DNA of 64,000 bases from the NCBI RefSeq assembly GCF_006345805.1, contig NC_043005.1:97712001-97776000 (forward strand), read 5' to 3'. The stretch comes from Octopus sinensis. Its lineage: Eukaryota. Of this stretch, positions 50,553-62,499 are shown in pieces. A program made the position numbers and the translations under genes. The notes under the pieces were generated by a model. The model saw nothing but the letters and a program-made list of their open reading frames with translations. It was not told the origin of the DNA and did not search any database. Positions within the stretch are counted from its first letter, which is position 1. Every line of letters begins with the position of its first letter.

Positions 50553-53500
50553 AGCCGACTACGGCTGCTATAATGGTATGATTATAATTGTAACGGCAAT
50601 GATGGCCGTCTCCCCACTAGCCAATCAAAGCTAAAGAATGATAACATTATCGTAGCACCAAAATGTTTTTGGAAACTAAAAGGAAAACTAAATCAGTATA
50701 CCAAATCGCTTGTCCTATGGTTAATCTGGAAGCGCGTCCCCCAGGGAAGAGCCAGCCTGGGATCGAAAAGTCATCAACTGGCACAAACTCTTCTCCGAAT
50801 ACGGACTTAGATGGTCACTTGAACGGGAAATTCCCCAACTCGAGCCCTTCAAGTTCACTACCACAACCACCACAGAAAGAAAAATGTAAGCGGAACAAAT
50901 GGACCCGAGAAGAGTATAAAGAAGTAATATACGCTTATTACTATGCATTAGGTAGGCCATCTCAAGAGAGACACACCGCAAACTCTTACAGTATATGGAG
51001 AACACGGAATCAAGACAGTAGGCCCTATTTGGACGAGAACAAATTAGCAAATGTGAGGAGGATATCCTTAGAAATAACAGACTCACAGACAGTGAAATAA
51101 GCGCGATCAAGTACGCAACGGAAAATGACATAAATATAAGACACAAAGGAAATGAAGAATCAGATGAACAGTATAGCCCTCCACGAGGCTTAATTGAAAG
51201 ACTGCCATCTGACCAAAGTACGCAAAGGCCTGAAGATTCAAGAAATTCTATTGTACCTGTTAAAGATAGCCAGGAAAACGAAAAAACAACAGTAACTGAA
51301 GATCTCGCATTTGCTGAAGAACACAGAGAGTCTATGGCAGAAATGAGGCAGAAAATCCTGAATACGCTTGAAGTTGTAAGACATACAAGTATGAATGATA
51401 GAGAACCACTTCATAAACTCTCAAATACAAACCAAAAAAAAAACCAATCCAAATTGGCAACTATGTAACAAATGAAATAATACGAGAATTAAAACCTGAT
51501 TTTACTGAGTTAAATGAAATTATTTACGCTTCTGCTAGGGCAATTGAAACCAGCTGTATGCCCCCGGAAAAACAAAGAAAACAAAACCTGGGAAGAAATC
51601 AAACCTGGAGAAGTAAAATTGAAAAAGAGATTGAATTTATGAGAGGGGAAATATCAATATTAAATGAACTAATATGTGGAAATGATGTAAGATCCAGAAC
51701 AGGAAGAAAGACGAAGAGAAAATTTGGATCCTCACCAAGAGAAGAACTGATATCAATAAAAGAAACGCTGAAACAACAAGTCCAAGCAAAAGCCCAAAGA
51801 ATACGAAGATTTGAGAAGAGAAACAAGTTTTACAAGCAAAATAAGCTGTTCACATCCAATGCCAAAAAATTCTACAGAGAAATAGGGAAGGAGAAAGTAA
51901 CCGTTAAAGACCCCCCTCCCATGGAAGAAGTTCAAAACTTTTGGGAAAGGATTTGGAGTGACAAGAAGACGTACAACATAAATGCAGACTGGATTATACA
52001 AACTGAAGGATCCTACCAAAATTTACAACAACAAGCATGGGAAGACATCACAATAGCAGACCTAAGAAAGGCACTCACGAAGGCCCATAATTGGAAATCC
52101 CCCGGTAAAGATAGGGTGCCGAATTTCTGGCTCGCATCGCTCCCGTGCGCACACGGTAAGCTAGTTCAGCTGCTCAATGGAATTTTGAGAGACCCAAAGA
52201 AAACACCTGAATGGTTAGCAAGTGGCATTACTTACCTACTCCCAAAGAATAACGAAACCAACCTTCCAAAAAACTATCGGCCTATAACCTGTCTATCCAC
52301 CACGTATAAAATCCTAACATCTATCCTGGCGGAGAAAACATATGCATTCATGGAGAGGACGATATTTTCCCCATTGAACAAAAAGGGTGCCGCCGAGGCT
52401 CTTACGGATGCAAAGATCAACTGCTAATCAATCGTATGATCCTTGAAACTGTCACAACAAGCGCAGAAATCTCAGCACCGCATGGATTGACTACAAAAGG
52501 CCTTCGACAGTATACCACATCCATGGATCTTGAGATCGCTGGACATCTTCAAAATTTCCCCTGTGATTTCAAACTTCCTGAAGCACAATATGTCGTTGTG
52601 GAATACGAATCTCCAATTATACCACTCTAATGGAGTACTTGCCTCAGAAAATATAAACATCAACTGTGGAATTTTTCAAGGTGACTCACTTTCACCTTTA
52701 ATATTCTGCATAGCCCTAATACCCCTTACAAGTGAATTAAACAGAACAGGGTATGGGTATAAAATTGCCAATAAAAAAATAAGCCATCTATTTTATATGG
52801 ATGACTTAAAACTTTATGGTAAAGACAATAATGAACTTGAAGGCCTATTGCGCACCGTGAAAGCATTCAGCGATGACATTGGGATGGAGTTTGGACTTGA
52901 GAAGTGTGCCAAGGCCACTTTCCAGAAAGGGAAAGTGAAGACCACAAATTCAGTCGTGTTAGATGTTGACACAGTCATAAGAGAGCTTGAGCAAGAACAA
53001 ATATACAAATATTTAGGGATAAATGAAGGCTCTGGTATTCAGCATGCAAGCATGAAAGAGAAAATCAGGAAGGAATGTTATAGGAGAGTTCGTGCAGTCC
53101 TGAAATCTGAACTAAATGCACGTAACAAGGTGTTAGCTATAAATTCCTTAGCAGTTCCAGTTTTACTTATAGCTACAATGTGTTGAACTGGAATATGAGT
53201 GAAGTAAAGAATATAGATAGAAAAATACGCAAGTGCTGAGTTGTAATAGGATGCACCACCCAAAGGCAGACGTAGATTGCCTTTACCTTCCCAGAGCCCA
53301 AGGAGGTCGAGGCCTGATCCAATTTGAACTAGCTTACAAAACAACCACAATTGGACTGGCCAAATATCTCGAAATATCGAATGACTGGATGCTAAAGCTC
53401 GTGGAAAATCACGAGAGACGAAAGAAGCTTCATTCTATCATAAAGGAAAGCAAAAAATTTGCTATTGATCTCGTGCAGGATACCCAAACTGAACAACCCG

Positions 53501-54520
53501 AGGGAAGTATGGCAACTATTGTTGCAAAGAAGGTGAAAATGATGGCAATGAAGAAAGCGCACGAGCAATTGGCTGATAGGTGGAGGAGAAACCTCTGCAC
53601 GGCAAATATGTGACCCGCAGCAAACAAGCTGATGTTGACCAGAAGCAAACCCATCAGTGGCTACGGAGCTCAGGGCTAAAAGCAGAGAGCGAAGGTTTCA
53701 TCCTGGCTGCTCAAGATCAAAGCCTATTAACCCGGAACTACCAGGCCAATGTGATGAAAAATGGAGCAGACCCAAAATGCCGATTCTGCAACGACATGAT
53801 TGAAACAGTGGACCACCTAATCTCTGGATGTAAAGTCTTAGCACCAGTGGAGTATAAATTAAGACATGACAGAGTTGGCCAATATCTCCACTGGCTAATA
53901 AGTCGGCATTACAAATCAAAACTGCCGACAAGTGGTATAATCACCACCCTGAGGCTGTAACTGAAGGAGAAAATGTAACCATTCTGTGGGACTTTCCAGT
54001 ACATACAGACCGAACATCAAGGCCAATAAACCAGATATTGTTGTGAAAGACCAAAACAATAAAGTTTGCTTATTGATCGACATGAGCATCCCCTGTGATC
54101 ATAATATCTCAGCGAAAGAGTTTGACAAGCTCAGAAAATATAAAGACCTACTCATTGAAATTGAGAAAAGTGGCATCTCAAGGCGGTTACAATACCAGTG
54201 ATCGTAGGAGCACTAGGAATGATCAAGAAGGGAACCGAAAATTATATGAGAATGATCCCTGGCTTACCATCCCTGCAAGAAGTGCAAAAGATTGTCTTAA
54301 CTGGTACATCACACGTATTGAGAAGAGCATTGTCGATGTGAGAACTGTTGCTGCTCATGTATTTTAATTTAACTTTAAAAAAAAAAAAAAAAAAAAATGA
54401 ACGAACTACTGAGTTTGGTTTAATGGCCTACCAATGTATGCTATGAGTTTCTTTGCCCTAGGAGTCGGGAAGACACTCGGCAAGAAATGGAAGCAAATTT
54501 GAAAGAAAAAAAAAAGTAAA
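50553..54520 (+). mobile_element. Near full-length R4/Dong-clade non-LTR retrotransposon (RT, CCHC, restriction-like endonuclease)
   Basis: KWTREE N-terminal motif; NWKSPGKD, NYRPITCL, GIFQGDSLSPL, FYMDDLKL, YKYLG; CRFC..ETVDHLISGC, RHD, KPDIVV, IDMSIP; (AAT)n on both flanks; ORF broken by frameshifts. Confidence 0.95.
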
Positions 54521-54574
54521 AATAATAATAATAATAATAATAATATAATAATAATAATAATAATAATAACAATA

Positions 54575-54610
<36 letters not shown>

Positions 54611-54672
54611 TAATAATAATAATAATAATAACAATAATAATAATAATAATCATAATAATAATAATAATAATG

Positions 54673-54756
<84 letters not shown>

Positions 54757-54758
<2 letters not shown>

Positions 54759-54915
54759 CTATTACAAAAGGTTTGTCTCCTTGGCATTGCCAGAATAATC
54801 AGGAAAGTGTTAGATAGCGGAAAAGAATAGATTGCATGGTACCATAGGCTGCAGATAGCAAGCCTACTATGCATACAAGACTCCAGGAGCTTCAACAAAA
54901 CCTATGATAAAGAGA

Positions 54916-54984
<69 letters not shown>

Positions 54985-55215
54985 AATGATTGAAACAACG
55001 GTTGTTGCAAGCGCTGTGAATCCAGTTAAGATGTAGTCCACTGTTTCATCCTGCTCATGACACATTCTGCATTTCGGGCCAGTGCCATCGTTCATTATTT
55101 TGTTGTGATAAGCCCTGGTTGCCAAGCTTTGATCTTGTACTGCTATGATAAAACTTTCGGTTTCAGCCTTCAGTCCTGAGCTCTTCATCCATACATGATT
55201 GTGTCGTTTTTCTAC
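54757..55215. mobile_element. Two Dong fragments: 3' end (+, 54757-54915) and CCHC region (-, 54985-55215)
   Basis: LLQKVCLLGIARIIRKVLD; WMKSSGLKAETESFIIAVQDQSLATR...CRMCHEQDETVD. Confidence 0.8.
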
Positions 55216-55228
55216 ATTATTATTATTA

Positions 55229-55263
<35 letters not shown>

Positions 55264-55264
55264 A

Positions 55265-55905
55265 AGTAAATAGAAGAGTGCCATATCATGTGAAATTGGT
55301 TGAACGATATTTCGGTATCTAAGCGTGCCTTCCACAGGTTCAAATATTACATGCCAGTCTACTTCATCTTTAGTGTTATTAACATTACTGGTAATTTTGC
55401 AAATACCCTTAGGTTTAGCACTGTTAAATCCATTGTCACTGATGGATTCCTTGGATTTAGGTATAGATGTTATCTTTGTAATCAGTTCCATAAATGGTTG
55501 TCTTGTAGTATTAGGAATGTCGCCTAAAGATGTATTCATTAGTTAAAAGATTAGGAATTGTAGTTGTGATTCCACCTTTACAATCACATTTATTACACTT
55601 CTTGGATGATTAGAATATGATTTATGTAATTTTGATTTCCATGTGGCTTGTCGAAGGGACAGAACATCTCAAGAGTTTAGATCCAAAGTGATGTTGAGAA
55701 AACTTGCCATTTTGAGATTATTTTCAATATACTCAAGCTGAGGTTGCTAAAAGATGTTCTTAACCTTTTCCTGATCCTTCCAGTGTTAACTTTACTAGTA
55801 CTATGAATCATAAGTGATGCTTTGTCAAGGTATAACTCTCCCAAGAGATCTGTAAAAGTTTTGTGTAAGCAATTAAAGTAACAAAGTAAATATTTTCTGA
55901 CCACA
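55265..55905 (-). pseudogene. Degenerate Penelope-like reverse transcriptase/thumb relic
   Basis: Across frameshifts: GELYLD (cf. GLYRDD), RIRKRL, ENNLKMASFLNITLDL, PFDKP..NYINH.SNHPRSVI, NEYIFRRH..YY, RNI.FNQF (cf. RNIIWFNPPF). Confidence 0.65.
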
Positions 55906-55926
55906 TATATATACAATATATATATA

Positions 55927-55967
<41 letters not shown>

Positions 55968-56173
55968 TTAGGGAATAAATCCAAACTTACAGGGAAAAAT
56001 CAGATTTAGGATTGAATCCAATTTTATAGTAAAATATTATATTATATTAAATTAGAGACAAAACCACTATTAGGCAAATCATACAATGAAAAACTTAAGC
56101 CAATACATAAGATTATTTAATTTATATTATTTAAATATATAACAAAATTATTAAAAAAATATAATTAATATAT

Positions 56174-56237
56174 CACTACGATCGTTTCATGGCTGTTAAT
56201 TTCTTTAAATTTTCGAGTTACAGTCATTCATCAGGTG
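56174..56237 (-). ncRNA. Type-I hammerhead, canonical core
   Basis: cac-CTGATGA-atgactgt...acagccat-GAAA-cgatcgt-A-gtg; palindromic stem III ACGATCGT; GUA triplet. Confidence 0.8.
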
Positions 56238-56254
56238 GTTTAAAATATTTAAAC

Positions 56255-56318
56255 CACCTGATGAATGACTGTAACTCGAAAATTTAAAGAAATTAACAGC
56301 CATGAAACGATTGTAGTG
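56255..56318 (+). ncRNA. Type-I hammerhead, mirror copy
   Basis: cac-CTGATGA-atgactgt...acagccat-GAAA-cgattgt-A-gtg. Confidence 0.78.
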
Positions 56319-56448
56319 ATATATTAATTATATTTTTTAATAATTTTGTTATATATTTAAATAATATAAATTAAATAATCTTATGTATTGGCTTAAGTTT
56401 TTCATTGTATGATTTGCCTAATAGTGGTTTTGTCTCTAATTTAATATA

Positions 56449-56481
<33 letters not shown>

Positions 56482-56487
<6 letters not shown>

Positions 56488-56889
56488 TAGAAAAAAAAAC
56501 ACCTTTTATCAATTCAGTAATGAAAAATTAAATTACACCATCTAGAAAATTACATATTATAGAAAGATTAAATATAAAATAAAAAAAATAAGATAAAAAA
56601 TATAACGATGATTAAGTAATGTGCAAAATAATAAATAAAACGTTTTATGTATTATTTTGCACATTACTTATTCATTGTTATATTTTTTATCTAATTTTTT
56701 ATCTTATATTTAACCTTTCTATTATATGTAATTTTCTAGATGGTGTAATTTAATTTTTCATTATTGAATTGATAAAAGGCGTTTTTTTTACTAATTTATA
56801 TATATATATTGTATTTGTGAAATTTGATTTAGTATTTCTAAATTGAATTTTCCCCTGTAAGTTTGGAATAATATTCCCACATATTATTA
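56482..56889. mobile_element. Second (TA)n-flanked fold-back element, no hammerhead core
   Basis: Imperfect palindrome 56482-56800, axis AAAACGTTTT at 56641/2; right arm and tail homologous to 59185-59415. Confidence 0.75.
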
Positions 56890-56931
56890 TTATACAATAT
56901 ATATATATATATATATATACATATATATATA

Positions 56932-57730
56932 GGTTGACCCAATTGAGGGATCAGCTACCTGAATTGTCAGTACACTGGCAGATAAAGCAATTAGGGATAT
57001 GAAGACAAGGAAAGCCCCTGGCCCATCAGGAATCACTGCTGAGATGCTTAAAATATCTGGCGGTGTAGGTTATGGCCTAGTCACCCATATTGTAAATCAG
57101 GTGGTTCATGAGGGAGTCATACCAAATGACTGGTGTAGCAGGGCCATAGTCAACTGCTACAAAGGTACGGGTGATGCCTTAGATAAAAATAATTATAGAG
57201 GTATCAAATTGTTGGATCAGGTGATGAAAGTTATGGAGAGAGCCATAGCTTAACTAATTAGGGAGAGATCTAGTCTAGATGAGATGCAGTTTGGTTTTGT
57301 GCCAGGTAGAAGTACCACTGATGCTATATTTCTGGTAAGGAAGTGCCTGCAGGAGAAATACCTTGCCAAGAATAAACCTCTGTACTTGGCTTTTGTTGAC
57401 TTGGTGAAAGTTTTTGACAGAGTCCCCCCCCCCCCCGATCCCTTATCTCTGGAGGTCAATGTGGAAACTAGGGATAGACAAGTGCTTAGTGAGAGCTGTA
57501 CAAGCCTTGTACAGGGATGCTACCAGTAAGGTGTGGGTGGGCAATGAGTACAGTGAAGGATTCAGGGTATACAGTACCCTCTTGTTCATCATAGTCCTCC
57601 GAGAAGTAACAGAGGAATTCAAGACAGGCTACCCCTAAGAGTGCCTCCATATTGATGATCTTGCTCTTGTAGCTCAATGACTACCTGAACTAGAGAAAAA
57701 GTTCTAGGTAGGTCTAGAATCAAGGACCTC
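56932..57730 (+). mobile_element. RTE LINE RT fragment
   Basis: KAPGPSGITAEMLK, NYRGIKLL, QFGFVPGRSTTDAIF, AFVDLVKVFDRV. Confidence 0.9.
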
Positions 57731-58451
57731 TAGTTCCAGCAAGGTCTAGAATCTTACCCAAATTTCCTTTTAGTGGCAGATCAAACCCAAAATCAGGTAT
57801 TTACTATGAAAATTTTCTTAATCTTACAGCCATGCGTGTCTCCTCTATAACCATCTCATTGTCCAATGAAAATGATTTGATGCATAAGAAATAATCGTTT
57901 CTGACTCAAATGACTAACTGTTGTTATAATACCTGAACCAACAAGCATCAGTTAAGATGATTAAATGCAAGAAGCAGATCAAGTTTGATCTCACACATAT
58001 ATATATATAATACTTACAGTAACTTTTAAACTAGCCTCACTGTTTAGCCACAAAATTTCTATTTGCCACTCAGTAAAATGTCAACTCCTTAACTAGAATG
58101 GAAATCAATGATATCAGAGCTTGTTTTCTGTTCTTAAATGACCAGTAATCCTAGATAAGTGGACATAATTTCTCTAAAGTGCTTACTTTTTTTTGCTGGT
58201 GAGAGTCTTCTTTTTAAAGACATACTTTCAGTGAATGAGAATGACTTTTGTGTGTCTGTGTGCTTGTGGATAGAGTGTGAGTGGATGTGTGTATGTGGGG
58301 TGGTGGTGGTGGTGGTGGTAAAAGACAGAGATGGTTGACTTGTTAAGTAGATACTATCTGATGTAAAGTGTGAAGGTAAAGTTTAAACTTTTAATTAATG
58401 ATGAGGGAGAGAAAAAGAAAGAGTGGGAGAAAGATAGATAGATAGATAGAT

Positions 58452-58501
<50 letters not shown>

Positions 58502-58714
58502 AGTGTGAAAGTGGGAAAGTGCAAGTGAGAAAAAGGGAGTGGAGGAGATAGAGAGCTGAAAATATTACATTAAATTAGACAATTTGCGCTTAATGAAATG
58601 ACAATGGAAATCCTTCCTTAATCAATATCTCAAGACCTATATGTCTGCTAATAAATCACTGCAGCATTTCATTTAATCTTCTCTAATCTATAGAGTGTTA
58701 AAGTGATTATATAT

Positions 58715-58748
<34 letters not shown>

Positions 58749-58819
58749 ATACACATATACACACAAATGCATACAAATGTCTGTGTGTATGTATGTAAGC
58801 ACGTGAGTATCTGTGTACA

Positions 58820-58858
<39 letters not shown>

Positions 58859-58939
58859 ATATATATTTACATTCATATATAGTATGCATGTATCTTTCTC
58901 CTTCCCTCTCTCTCTCTCTCTCTCTCTGAATATATATAT

Positions 58940-59415
58940 AAGTTCAGTAAAAATTTAATTTCAGATGAATATGGTACTTAAGTTAAAGGCACCAGAATTT
59001 GGTATGGTATTATCCATATAATTCAAAATGGGGTGATTATAATAAAAATAAGCAACAAGGATATCCAAAGGTAATGCAGTACAATCGAAGTGATTTTACT
59101 ACTACTTTTAACTTTTATACTATAATCATCTCTTAAATATAGCCACGAAACACGTGTCGTTATTCTACCAAATATATATGTTTTTATTATTATTTTGCAA
59201 TTTACTTAATCATCGGTATATTATTGTTATTTTATTTTTAATATTTCTATTATATGTAATTTTCTAGATGGTGTAATTTAATTGTTCATTTTGAATTGAT
59301 GATAGCTGGTTTTTTCTAATTTTTTTTATATATATATTATATTGTGTGAAATTTGATTTAGTATTTCTAAATTGAACTTTTCCCTGTAAATTAGGAATAA
59401 TATTCCCTCAAATAA
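58940..59415. mobile_element. Head-to-head fusion of two truncated hammerhead-family elements
   Basis: 58940-59087 (-) is related to 6425-6560 and begins CGATTGT-A; 59087-59415 (+) reads GA-a-gtgatt...agccac-GAAA-cacgtgt-C. Confidence 0.6.
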
Positions 59416-59554
59416 TTATTATATATATATATAACCTTTCTTGCCACACAGCTATGCTGTGCCTATATATATATATATATATACATATATATACATAAAT
59501 ACATACATAAATATATATATATATATATATATAAATATATACACTCACACACAC

Positions 59555-59590
<36 letters not shown>

Positions 59591-59678
59591 GGAAAGTTCA
59601 CGAAAATAAACAAAAGATGAAGGCAGGTGGAGTACAAACAAACAGATGTATTAGTATAGCGCTCAGGAATAGAAAAAG

Positions 59679-59716
59679 TCTTTTACGTTTCGAGCCTACA
59701 CTCTTCTACAGAAAGA
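59679..59716 (-). ncRNA. Minimal hammerhead, A6U core
   Basis: tcttt-CTGTAGA-a-gagt-gtag-gctc-GAAA-cgt-A-aaaga; perfect 5-bp stem I; GUA triplet. Confidence 0.7.
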
Positions 59717-59884
59717 TGCACAGAAAAAAACAAGGAGAGAAAAAATGTGTGTAGTAGCTAATGATCTATCATGATGTCTGACTTTGGACAATTGTAAAAA
59801 AATTAATATATAAGAAAAATATGAAAAAGAATAAAGTGAAAACGAAAGGGACAGTTTTACGAAAAGTTCAAATATATATATATA

Positions 59885-60310
59885 GACACAGCATGGCTGT
59901 GTGGTAAGAAGGTTGCTTCCCAACCACATGGTTCCAGGTTCAGTTCTACTGTTTTCTACTATAGCCTCAGGCTTCCCAAATCCTTGTGAGTGGATTTGGT
60001 GGACAGAAACTGAATGAACCCGGAAAGGCGACAAGCTGGCAGAAATGTTAGCACTCTGGGCGACATGCTTAGCAGTATTTTGTCCTGTCTTTACATTCTG
60101 AGTTCAAATTCTGTCGAGGTCGACTTTGCCTTTCATCCTTTTGGGGTCAATAAATTAAGTACCAGTTATGCACTGGAGTCGATGTAATGAACTTAATCCA
60201 TTTGTCCTTGTTTGTCCCCTCTATGTTTAGCAAAAGTCCTGGGGTCAATTTGTTTGACTAAAGGGTGTGCTCCAGCATGGCTACAGGTAAATGACTGAAA
60301 ACAAGTAAAT
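59885..60310 (+). mobile_element. CORE-type SINE interrupted by a MetaSINE (60027-60230)
   Basis: CORE-SINE head at 59885-60020, Meta domain at ~60120, CORE-SINE tail at 60232-60310. Confidence 0.75.
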
Positions 60311-60480
60311 GAATAAATAAATAAATATATATATACATATGTCATCATCATATATACACACACACACATATATATATATATTTATATACACTATATGTAT
60401 ATATAGTATAATACTATATATATATACACAATATGTATAAATAGTATAATACTATATACATATATATATATATATATATA

Positions 60481-60560
60481 TAGTATTAATTGATAGTAGG
60501 AGATGGATTTCAAATTAAAAGTTTAATATGAAATCCATCTCCTACTATCAATTAGTACTA
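60481..60560. repeat. 80-bp palindrome next to (TA)n
   Basis: TAGTATTAATTGATAGTAGGAGATGGATTT pairs with AAATCCATCTCCTACTATCAATTAGTACTA. Confidence 0.85.
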
Positions 60561-60752
60561 TTACCCTAACTGCCACGGTGAAGTTCCTGAAATAAAACCA
60601 AGGGAAGTGTACCACGACTACAGGTGACAACAGGTAGCCTAATGACACTCACCTTCTCACTAAATAAATAAAAAAAATTTGTGAGGTTCTTCACCCACTC
60701 TGATTAAATCATTAACAAGTCACAGGATCTCCACATCCTGATATATATATAT

Positions 60753-60794
<42 letters not shown>

Positions 60795-62499
60795 TATCAG
60801 TATGTGAAGACCATTAGTAATGCCTGCCAGACTTTTATGAGGAAGAACCCATGACTCATAAACTTCTGTAGTAGACAATAGTACATTAAGATATTGGATT
60901 ACATTCAGGCCTGGAAACTTAGTCTGAATGCTTACAACAGGGTGGACTCTGCTAAAGACAACTCAGAACCACAAGGTATACCAAGTAATCAAGTACCAGA
61001 AAGAACAATTAACTCCAGACATGTTTTGGCCTTATTCTAACTTCATTAGTTAAGCACCACTATCACCATACTTACCAAAGTAGTGATGAATGCATCCACT
61101 AGATAATATATCTCTGATTACACATCTGTAAGCATAGGAAAATAGAATTGTTTAGAAATGAAATTATTCAAAAGCACGCCATGAAAATAATATTAGTCAA
61201 TGAGTAATATTACTACTTCTTCACTGCATATTTTATTTCTAGTTAGTGTTTTTTTTTGCAAGCTGTCTATTAAATATATTAACACTAACTTAACTCTTGC
61301 TTTTTCCCCCTTTCATGCAGATAGCATCACTGGGTTATTTAATTTCTAAACACTTGTTTGTATAAACTGATAATTGTAACTGGGTGTTGGGTGGTGGTGA
61401 CAGTGGTGGTATTGATGGGGGTATTAGTGGTTGATGGTGCTGGTGGTGAGTGATGGGGATAGTGTTGGTAATGGTGGTGGTGGTTGTGGTGATGGCTGAT
61501 GTTGGGGGGGATGGTGCCGAGCATTGGTAATGGTGGTGTTGGTGGTTGATGGTGATGGTGTTGGTAGCAGTAGTTGTGTTGGTAGCGTTCTCCATTCACA
61601 TACATTACAACTACTACTACCATTATTATATATTCGAAGTCCCTTGTTAGCTTGTTTTCCTAGAGAAATAGGGGGTTAGTGGTTGGTAAGGAAGTCAGTG
61701 AAAAGTTGGGTGTAAAATGTGTCAGTCATAAACCTGGTCCCTTATTTTTTTTTTGTGGGTTGTGTAGATGGGTTGGGGTTGGGGATTACTAACCCGGATA
61801 ATTATGTCTTGTCCTCATATGTTCCCTAACTCTCAATTTTCACCAATCCATCTACCTTGGCTGTTAGCCATATCACCCCAGGAACCAATTCCTCCAATAC
61901 CTCATAAAACTTCATCAATAGTGATAGCAAAGGTGGTAGTGGAGGTGGTGTGGTGGTAGTGGTGGTAGTGGTGGAGGTGGTGATGATAGTGGTGGTAGTT
62001 GTGGTGGTGGTAGTTGAGGTGGTGGTGTGGTGATGGTGATGGTGGTGGTGGTAGTGATAGTGGTGGTGGTAGTAGTGATGGTAGTGGTGGTGATGTGGTG
62101 GCGATAGTGGTATTGGTGGTGCTGGTGATGGTAGTTGTTGTGGTGGTTGTTGTGATAGTGGTGATGGAGGTAGCGGTGGTAGTTGTGGTGGTGGTGGTGG
62201 TAGTAGTATGGTCATGGTTGTGGTGGTGAGGATGGCAGTGGTGGTGGTGAAATTGGTGGTAACGATGGTGGAGGTCGTGGTAGTGGTTGTGATGGTAGTG
62301 ATGGCGATAGTAGTGATGGTGTAAATGGAGGGAGCAGTGAAGGTGAGGTGGATGACAGACAGGAAAGGAAACACTGTAACTTGAACTGCAAATGAAATGT
62401 GTATGTGTGTGTGACAAAATATATGTGGCTATGTGAGGATGTATGTGTGTGTGTGTATATAAATGTGTGTGACAATGTGTTTAGTAATCTGTTTATTTA

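Larger units (their letters stand above)
55966..56458. mobile_element. (TA)n-flanked fold-back element with two divergent hammerheads
   Basis: Arms 56034-56243 and 56249-56458 are nearly perfect inverted copies; extra tail 55966-56033. Confidence 0.85.

Noticed and set aside
50553-50640. HDV-like ribozyme at the Dong 5' end
   Set aside because: I could not identify the P1 3' strand or the nested P1.1 pairing by eye; it needs a descriptor search.
54892-55539. 215-aa ORF as a host gene
   Set aside because: Chance read-through of an off-frame PLE relic, an (AAT)n tract and a Dong fragment.
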